Origin: the human T2T-CHM13v2.0 reference genome, Homo sapiens
Assembly (NCBI RefSeq): GCF_009914755.1
Contig: NC_060940.1
Strand: one strand, 5' to 3'
DNA: 64,000 nt
Within the stretch, counting starts at the first letter, position 1. Each line of letters opens with the position of its first letter. This document shows positions 54,511 to 64,000 of the stretch, piece by piece. The notes beneath the pieces were generated by a model. It saw nothing but the letters and a program-made list of their open reading frames with translations, was not told the origin of the DNA and made no database searches. Position numbers and translations under genes: made by a program.

Positions 54511-56337
54511 AGGCATGTGGCAATGCAGCTGAGATTTGACACTTATCATTCTGTTTGATGGGACAGCAAAAATGTCCCATCTGAACCACAGATCATGTTA
54601 CTAAATGGGATATACAGACCTTTCCTCCAAAAACATACAGTCTATTGAAGGGCAGGGACCATGCCTGCTTTATCATCAACATATACCCCATAGTTGGTAC
54701 GTAATAAGCACCAATACATACTCAGTGGAATTAATGAGGGAATATCTTTTAACCTGACCCTCTTGTTGCAAAGCAATTTGAGGTCCAGGGAGGGAAAGTC
54801 CCTGTTCTTACTTAATTCAGCAAGTTAGCTATTCAGTCAGAACCATAACTCAGGATTCCTTCTTTCTTGGCTGCAATTTTACTGAAAGCCCTAGAGCCTC
54901 AGGGCCATATGTACAGATCCTGTTCTTGGGTTTCTATTTAAGAATGTAGTCTCCAAATGGTTTGACTTTTTGCCTTCAGGATTTTCAGAATTCATGAATT
55001 TTGGTTTGAAAAACACAATGAACTTTCCAGCATAACTGGGCAGGGCAAGGTCTTGGCTATGCATCCCTGGACAAGGTTCTTTGTCTTTCTGACTTCCAGT
55101 TTTTGCATCTCTATAATGGGCTCAGTGAATTGTATGGTACTTGTGAGACTTAACTAGGATAATACGTGAAATTGCCCTGCTCAGTGCTTGGCAAGTAAGC
55201 AGGTGCTCCATTGAATTTTGAGTTTCTTTCTTCTGTGCAGGGGAACTGGCCCTGCTTCACCCCATGCCCTTGCTGTAACCACCATCCTCTTGGGTTCATC
55301 AGCAGGGCTCAGAAAATATTGCTAATTTATGCACCATTTGTTCCACTGGATAACACATTTGGGAAAATGTAAGATGCCCACACACCTCTAATTCAGGCAA
55401 GCCAAAGGCAAGCTCCACTCCTGACCCTTCCAGAGAGAATGGGCACTTTATATCTAATCCGGGTGATTGCTTTCTCCTTCGACATTCATGATGGTATCCA
55501 TTTGCTTCAATTGAGGAGGCCCTGGAGAGAGATGTCACAAATTGAATGATGTAGCTTGATCTGGCAAGAATTTCTAGGGATTCTGGTCTGGGTGTCTGTA
55601 ACTCCCAGTGGCAAGTCAGGGATAGCTCAGCTTTGCAGAACACATAATGTGTCTCCTTTTAAGATTCAACTTTGCCACCTACAAGTGACCTTGGGCCAGT
55701 CATGTAACCTTGCTGAGGTTTTACAGTTTGGTTAAGCATTGTCAGGCAGTAGCCAAGAGCTTGGGCTATGGTGTCAGACAGACTTGGGATTGAATTCCGA
55801 CTCCACCTCTTCTCGCTTTGGGTAAATTAATCAAGTCATTGGATCTCAGTTTCCTGATCCGTAAAGTGGGGATTACAATAAAACCTTATTTAAAGAGTTG
55901 TTTTAAAAATTAATAGCTACTGCATTGAGAACTTACTCTATGAGAGTCACTCTTCAAGATATTAAGTCATTTCATCCTCTCAAACTCCCCATGAGAAGGG
56001 GTATTATTAGTATGATGCCTGGTTTTCAAATAATGAAATAGACCCATATTACTTAAGTTAAGTAATTTGCCAAGGATCACACAGTTAATCAGTGGATGCA
56101 AACTTGGTAAGTCTAGATCCTGGAGTCTCTGATCTTAACTACTGGGCTGGTGAGTCCAATGTCTGAAAATGCTTGGAGACGTCAGTCTAGCTTCAGAATT
56201 TGCACTCTCAGCCTCAGAACATAGCATGGAGTGAGCACTCAGTGAATGGCTGTGCTCAGTCTAGGCTGCATGTTAACTATTGTTATTGTTTCTGTGAGGA
56301 CCCCAGAGGCTGACCTGCATTCAAAAGTGGCTGTGCT

Positions 56338-56427
56338 CCAGGAATTCAAGGTTGCAGTGAGCCATCATCGCACCACTGCATTCCAGTCTGGGCAACAGAG
56401 TGAGACCCTAACTCTTTCAAAAGAGAA
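56338..56427 (+). mobile_element. Alu right-arm fragment
   Basis: ccaggaattcaaggttgcagtgagcc...ctgggcaacagagtgagaccct. Confidence 0.8.
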
Positions 56428-59400
56428 ACTGGGCTGTTCTTAGCAAAGCACCAGGACCAGGAGAGTGCAGTGGGGACAGGGCGAGTGAGTTGGAGAGTGT
56501 CTCATAAACATTTGGGGCTGTGAGAGCAGATGTGTGATCTTGCGGAATGATTCTCGCTTCAGGACTGTGTGTTGACGCTGATGTCACGGCTGCTCTGAGC
56601 GCCCAAGATACTGTTAACGAGCTGTGCCAAGCCCAGATGCAGTGTTTTCTCACCATATGGTTCACGCTGAAGTGCATGGTCTTTCAGACAGGGATGGGAG
56701 GAAAGTCAGAAACGCTGAACCCCATGCATGGAACACCTACTTAGATGAGCCATGTCCTGCATGTCCCAGTTCTCCTGACTTCCAGAGACCATGTATTCAT
56801 TGGAATGTCGTTTGTTTTTCATCCAGTAACCACAAATAGTAATGGGGCAGCTAGTACATGTCAGACACTGTGTTTGGCGCTGGGGATACAAAGGTGATTA
56901 AAACTTTGCCTACAGCCCCAAGGAACTGAGACTAGCCATGAAAGACATGGGAACAAATCATATTATGACATTATTCTAAGCCCTGTAACGCAGGTAGTTA
57001 ACAAGGACTCTGGGAATTAGAAGAAGTTCATGAACATCTTTGTAATGAAATAAAACACAATTTTTTTTGCACACCTAGCATCTGAACACCTTTCAGTTTT
57101 GAGAGAACTCCCAGCATAGGCAGAGGACAGTCGTGTCTTCTTCTAACAAAGGTAAAGAGGGCAGACATTCTTCTCCCTACTCCCTGGCAGGTGGAACTTG
57201 AACACAGGACATAGATGTCCACTTCTTATCTGGATCTCCCTTGGATTTCAGCCTCCTGTGTCAACATGATTACTCAATCCCTCCACCTGGGTATGTAGGA
57301 CATATCTCATATTACAAGTCTGAAATTGACTTGGTATCTTCCCCTAAAACCTGCCCTGTTCCCAGTAGTGTCCACATCAGTAAATCATGCTACCATGTAG
57401 CCACTGGCACAGGCCAACAATGTTGGTGTCACCTGTGATGCTTCTCTTTCTCTTGCACATACATCCCACCCATCATTAAGGACTTCTGGCCTTATTTTAA
57501 AATCTACTCCTATTCTGAGCACTTCTTTCTGTGTTGCCCTCTCCACCTACACCCAGGCCCCCCACCATTTCTCTCTTTCTCTCCTAAAATTGTCTCTTAG
57601 CAGGTTACTTTCCTTCTATCTCTGCCACACTCCTATCTTTTCTCAGCAAAGTTACCAGAAAAATAAAATTAAGTGTAAATTTTATCACATTCTTCTGTGA
57701 GATATTCTTCAGTGGCTTCTCATCACATGAGGAAAACAATTCCAGTACCTTTTCCATGGCCCATAAGGCCCTCCATAGTCTATTCCCTGTCTGTCTTCCT
57801 GGCCCTATTTTCTGACTCTCTTACCTTTGCTCACTGCCCTCCAGCATTACTGGTCTTCCTTCTGTTTCTCAAGCACACCAAAATGTGAGAACATGAGTAT
57901 ATTGAAGTGTCAGATGCAGTTAAAATGAACTTACTTAAAACCTAGAAGAGAGAAGAGAAATTGAGAGAAAAAGTGCCTGAAAGGTTGGAAGAGAATAAGA
58001 TCCAAAGCCCAGGTTAGCAGGGGGTTTTGTCCTATCCACAGGAGGGATGCCTCCTCTAATCTTACAGGAAGAGGGAGACCAGCATGGTTTGGAAGTAGTT
58101 ACTGGATCGGAGCCCCAGGTGAGAGATGAAAGTGGGGAAAAGGAAGATTAAGGCATCAAAACCTTTCACAACAAAAACCTAGCATTAGGACTGGCCTACA
58201 CTTAGGAGTGGAGATTAATGGCTTGTCATTCACCCATCTATTCACTCAACAGATAGGCACTGAGAACCTGTTATTTGCCAGGACCTGTCACTGATCCTGG
58301 TGTTGAATTACTCTTGCTCAGCCACTCAACTTAGAAACAAAATACATACTTAGTGAGACCTTGGAACAAATCTTTAGCTTCTGGTCCTGTTTCCTTCTCT
58401 GTAAAACTGGAGTAATAATGATGCCTGCTCTGTTGATTTAAATACTTCATTATATGATGCTATAAAGAGCTCTTTATGTATCAGCTGTGGGAGCTAGACT
58501 GGTAGCTTAGTGGAGGAAGGGACTGCATCCGTTTTGTTTACTGTTACATTACCCATAGTGATCATTTATGGAATGAATGAAAGAATGAATGAATGACTAT
58601 AACTGATTCAGAATCAGTTTGAGGAAAGGGAGCTTTGTCCTTTATAGATTTCAAGCAACTACTGGATATCTTCTCACTGACAAAATAACTGGATAACTCA
58701 TGCCACATTGGTTGAATCATGGCTCAATGAGATAGTCTCCCCATGTGTGCCCCAAATGCAAAAACTCTCCTAAAGTATATACTTTTCACATTCATGGGTA
58801 GCATGAAGGTCAAAGCTATTTAGTCTCCTCTGCTCCCCTCTACTGTCTCCAAAGCCTTCTGCAATGCCTTCTCTTATTTCCTTTTGCAACAAGCAGTAAG
58901 TTAGGCACACATCTACTCTGCTAAATCTACCAGCTTATATGTTGGGTACCATTTTGTCCCAGATACTTCAGATAAAAGACTCAAGATCCACAAAGATCTT
59001 GACAGATCGTCAATCAGCTGAAGTAAAGGAGATGAATTTGAATGGGGCTCAGTGCAAAGAGAAGCATTGAGGTCTAAGAAGGCAAAGGTGAAGAATGGAT
59101 GAAAAGAAAAGTTGAGCAGCTGCTCCTACACTAAAGAAAAATGCAACAAAATAATGTGTTTAGTTTTGTGTGTCAAAAGTACATCAGGGGAACTAAAATC
59201 TGGAAAAGGCCGTATAAAAATAGCTATTTTCAGGTGATGTGTTTTTGCATCAAGATTTATCTAATATTTTTATAATATGATATGAGTTGCATAATGAAAC
59301 AAGGGAATATATCTCTCCACTTGAAATAAAAATAAGATGGTCAGTATATTTCCTATACTCAGGCTGAGCTAATGGTAGCTCCCTTGTTGGACACCAGCCT

Positions 59401-60708
59401 CCAGATCCGGAAGTGCAATTGATGATATTGGCATGAATTAGAGTATACTTTTTTCTAGATCAGTTCCTTAGATACCATGTTTTTCTGCCTTTTCCATTTG
59501 GTCAAATGAAGTATTTTTTTTTTCCTTGCCCTTCTGTAAGAATTACTGTAAGAATAATCCTGATTTTGGCCAGCTGGCTTAAGTTAAAAAAATTCTGACA
59601 TTGAACCGGCATGATCCCAAGTGATTTACCTGCATTATGACATTTAATCTTCATTAAAATCCTATGAGGCATGGCCTTTTATTAACCCTATTTTCTTTGA
59701 TGAAACATTAAGGGTCAAAATGGGTTAAGTAACTTCATCAAGGTAGCATGGGTAATCAGAACTCTTAATTCAGGCAAATCTGATTCCCAGGGGCTGCATT
59801 CCTTAGCCCTGTTCCTCCAAATTAGACAAATTGATCTGTTGAGAACCAAACAGACACACACAAAGGCATTCAAACTACTTTGGAGAATATGTCACTCCAA
59901 GATGAGCATGGTTGTTTATGGCCAGGGCTATTGCTTTGATCTGAAAACACCACGCTGCCCAACCATTATACTAACAACATCCAGCTCTTTGTGAATTTCT
60001 CTACGAGGCAAATTCCTCTTGCCTCATAAAAGTGCTTGCCGAGATAGCTCAAAACCCAGTTGCAATTAATTATTGACAGAGCATGTGAATTAGAGATAAA
60101 AGAAAAGTCATTCTTTCTCCACACACGCGATAGTAAATAAATTTAATTATGGTAGGAGAAGCTAGGGGATCTTTGTCTGTATTAAGTTTTATTAGCTAAG
60201 ACATTTAAAAGCATGTCATCATAACAAAGAGGTCTTGTGTAATCCTAAATGCACCACTTTGGTGCAAGGCTCAGAAGTGAATAGATTTAATGGAGCACAT
60301 GGTGGCAGATGGCCTGCTGTACTGACAGGTATTGAACAGGTTTATCTTCAATTAACTTTGGTCTACATATGCCTGTAGCAAATTGACTGTATAATGGCAT
60401 TCTAAGCTTAATTTTATCATTGATAAGCCTGCCACATTGAGATTAGGGGAAAATGGCATCAAACCCCTTTAATATTAATATCTTGGAGCTCCCAAATAAG
60501 ATAAGGCTACTCTGGAGGCAAACTCGGATGGAGGAATGGGAGTGGAGGAGCAGCCTTAGCAAAGGAACCAAGAGATACTGACCCTGGTATGGGATCTGTC
60601 AGTGGCTTTCTGGGCAATTTTGGGAGCAAAGAAAGAATAAAATCCCATATATTGAGCCATACCTATGCTAGATCTTTCATCTTATATGTCATTTTCTTCT
60701 CAACTGAA

Positions 60709-61017
<309 letters not shown>

Positions 61018-61170
61018 GAGGTAGGTTTTAGGATTTTACAAATGAGGATAATAAGGCTCGAAGATATAATTCAATTTGCTGAGGTCACAAAGCCTGTCTG
61101 ATTTCCATGTTTATTCCCTGTCCCTGGGCTTCGGTTTTCTCATTTGCACAATAATACCTTTGGACCAAGT

Positions 61171-61493
61171 CAGGGATCAGCAGACTCTTTCTTAAAGGAA
61201 TAAGGAGTAAATACATTAGGCTTTGGGCCATATGGCCTCTGTCTTACCTCCTCAGCTCTGCTGTTTTACTGTAAAAGCAGCCTAGATGAATATGTAAATG
61301 AATGAATGTGGCTGTGTTCCAATGGAAGTTTATTTATAAACATTGAAATTTGAATTCTATATAATTTTCATGCATCACAAAATATTATTATTATCTTTTT
61401 GGTTTTTTTTTCAACAACAATTCAGTGATTACAAATCATTCTTATCTGTGAGTTAGACGAAAATAGGAGGCAGGAGGTAGTTTGCCAATCCTG
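61171..61493 (+). mobile_element. MER58B-like hAT MITE
   Basis: cagggatcagcagact...ggctgtgttccaat...aaatttgaatt...tagtttgccaatcctg. Confidence 0.75.
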
Positions 61494-61957
61494 GACTAGA
61501 TAAGCTTTGAGGTCTTGTTGAGCTCAAAGATTTTCTAAAAACTACTATAACAATAATAATTTCTTTAATTTATTGAACTCTTACACATGCCAGCTTCATT
61601 GCTCAATGCTTTTTGAGCATTATCTCCCTTAATCCTTATACTACAGTGTGAAGTCAGTGCTATCATTATCTCTGTTTCAGGGATTATACAACTAATACGT
61701 AGAGAAATCAAGGGTGTATCTAGTTTAAACATAACTGGTAAGAGGTAGAATAGCCATTTAAACCTAGGGATATATAAGGGAGAGAATGTATATGCCTTGT
61801 GTTGCCTTTTCTGATAATACGTAGCCAGGGTAAGACTATAGTCAGGAGATATAGGTAAGAAGAACTTGCAAGAGTTTATCAATTTTATTTGGTGGTTCCA
61901 AACTAGGTTGTTTATATCACACATTTTGTGCAAAGAAGTTCAGATATTTCTGGACAG

Positions 61958-61994
61958 GAATAACCATTCTCTTCCTTTTTCCTCCCTCTCCTAG
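61958..61994 (+). promoter_or_regulatory. HS3ST4: 3' splice site of the long HS3ST4 intron
   Basis: Branch-like aTAAc (A at 61963), then polypyrimidine ttctcttcctttttcctccctctcct, then AG directly before the conserved coding frame. Confidence 0.93.
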
Positions 61995-62631
61995 AAATGT
62001 GATGCCCAAGACTTTGGATGGGCAAATAACCATGGAGAAGACTCCAAGTTACTTTGTGACAAATGAGGCTCCCAAGCGCATTCACTCCATGGCCAAGGAC
62101 ATCAAACTGATTGTGGTGGTGAGAAACCCCGTGACCAGGGCCATCTCTGACTACACGCAGACACTGTCAAAGAAACCCGAGATCCCCACCTTTGAGGTGC
62201 TGGCCTTCAAAAACCGGACCCTCGGGCTGATCGATGCTTCCTGGAGTGCCATTCGAATAGGGATCTATGCGCTGCATCTGGAAAACTGGCTCCAGTATTT
62301 CCCCCTCTCCCAGATCCTCTTTGTCAGTGGTGAGCGACTCATTGTGGACCCCGCCGGGGAAATGGCCAAAGTACAGGATTTTCTAGGCCTCAAACGTGTT
62401 GTGACTGAGAAGCATTTCTATTTCAACAAAACCAAGGGGTTCCCTTGCCTAAAGAAGCCAGAAGACAGCAGTGCCCCGAGGTGCTTAGGCAAGAGCAAAG
62501 GTCGGACTCATCCTCGCATTGACCCAGATGTCATCCACAGACTGAGGAAATTCTACAAACCCTTCAACTTGATGTTTTACCAAATGACTGGTCAAGATTT
62601 TCAGTGGGAACAGGAAGAGGGTGATAAATGA
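61995..62631 (+). CDS. HS3ST4: HS3ST4 terminal coding exon (C-terminal sulfotransferase domain); upstream exon lies outside the window
   Basis: Translation (R)[20 protein letters not shown]...[11 protein letters not shown] (3'-phosphate PAPS-binding motif)...FNKTKGFPC...[11 protein letters not shown]...[10 protein letters not shown] is typical of the HS3ST family; I recognise the C-terminal EQEEGDK as HS3ST4. The ORF-track start (GTG 61999) is not a real start: the exon begins after the AG at 61993-61994 in phase 2. Stop TGA at 62629-62631. Confidence 0.96.
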
Positions 62632-64000
62632 GGCTAGAGAGGCAGAGGAAGGCTAGTCAATAAGCTAAGGAGGCTCCTTGCCTGAGTCCTTGAATACCCC
62701 AGCTTCTGCAGCTTCACTTGCTGGAGTGCCAAGTAGATCTCCTCCTCCTTCATGCAGCCAGGATTGCCTCCAGTGCTGTTAGCTTAGGCAAACAGGTGGA
62801 TCCCATGGCATCCCCATGGAGGAACCAGGCCCATCTGGGCAGCAGCATCTGGTTGACCAGATGGCCACCAGAACCCACTGTTCATTCTTATCTTCTGCTA
62901 GTTAATATAGCCTGAAGACAGAGGATAAATAGTTGTCAATGTCAGAGACAGTGCTATTAATGTATATGTGAGTGACAAAAAAGGTCTGCTTTATAGGGGT
63001 TCTCACTCTAGCTTGGGGAGCCAGGGTTCTAGCCCTGTATCTGTCATGGGCACCTGCTGTCTAAACCTCTGCTTGGGCTTCTCCCCAGAATGCACTTTGT
63101 GGCTGAGTGCTCCAGGACTCCTAGGGAGCAAGGTCCTCCCTCTAAGGTGTTTCTAGTCTTCTCTTTAAAGGTCTCATCCCACAACCCCTGACTTCCTCCC
63201 TCCCCACATCATGAAGGCAGAGGCATGCACATTCCTCACTGAAAAAGAAAACACACACCCACCCACACACACACACACAGAAGAAAATGAAAGCTGACAC
63301 ACCTCGAAGCCTTCTTTCCAAGAGCCCTCTAAATGGGGTTGGGTCTCACTCTTCATGAGTATCCTGGGTTGTGCAGAAGCTTAGCATATGCCCTTGTGTT
63401 CGGATCAGGCCCACAGGGCTGCTCAAAGAGTAGAGTAATTGTAACCGAGGTCAGAGCTCTGGGGTTGGCAGAGATGAGTGGCCATATCTGGGGGTAAAAG
63501 AAGAAATCCTGTCCTCTTGGTGGGAGGTTACCTTACCTGAAGACCATCTCTCCCAAGCACTGTAGTTCTGAGCATGTTTTTGGGGTGGACTCTGTCCCCT
63601 AGGGTCCCTAGAAGGGCAAAGACCAGAGAGTTGACAAGTCTGTTATTAGGAATAATCCTTAGCCATGTAATGGAGAAAGGAGCAGTCAGCATTCTTCCAA
63701 TTTGCCCCACCACCACCTCCTCGGGCTTCATTTTCTCTATTTAGAGATGGCAGAGAGTGAGGTAGTGGCGAGAAAGCTGACTCCATTCATCAGATCCAGT
63801 TTATGAGGGTTGGGGGTGAGCAAGGGCTGTCTGCAGAAACCCCCATCAAGAGCTGCTGAATGAAGTGTCCCTTCCCATCAGTTTGATTCAATTAAAATGC
63901 ATCATTTGACATAAAGCACTTGTTCACAGATCTCCAAAACCAGGAATTGTTCTAGTAAAACTGGAAATTTGTATGAGTGGGGGGAGTTAAATCTGTTCAG
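62632..64000 (+). other. HS3ST4: HS3ST4 3'UTR, probably extending past the window
   Basis: Non-repetitive sequence after the stop codon. Contains a (CA)n tract at ~63251-63278 and one ATTAAA at 63891-63896; I saw no AATAAA. Confidence 0.75.

Noticed and set aside
63092-63921. miRNA seed matches in the 3'UTR (GCACTTT at 63092, AGCACTT at 63915) and ATTAAA at 63891 as the definitive poly(A) signal
   Set aside because: 7-mers are expected by chance in 1.4 kb, and the true 3' end may lie beyond the window.

Overview
Primate (almost certainly human) genomic DNA. About 62 kb is the 3' end of a very long, repeat-rich intron. It ends at a strong splice acceptor (AG 61993-61994) opening the terminal exon of HS3ST4 (heparan sulfate glucosamine 3-O-sulfotransferase 4, + strand): CDS 61995-62631, then 3'UTR to the window end. 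The intron holds one full-length but dead L1PA element (18994-25119, 16-bp TSD, antisense ORF0 remnant), about 20 Alus, several older L1 3' fragments, DNA-transposon MITEs (Tigger4a, MER1B, MER20, MER58A/B, MER3, MER5A), MLT1 LTRs, and many MIR/L2 relics. Nearly all ORF-track entries outside HS3ST4 and L1 are spurious or Alu-derived. I found no new protein-coding system. The unexplained structure is in genome rearrangement: (1) a ~1.08-kb poly(A)-tailed, TSD-flanked composite insert (37765-38841) that looks like a transduction or retrocopy and carries a CTCF-like motif; (2) a templated fold-back scar at an L1PB junction (33549-34802); (3) an ungapped 196-bp dispersed duplication (29840/32619); (4) several candidate neuronal enhancers and cryptic splice sites. 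Repeat subfamily names come from my memory of consensus sequences and need RepeatMasker/Dfam confirmation.
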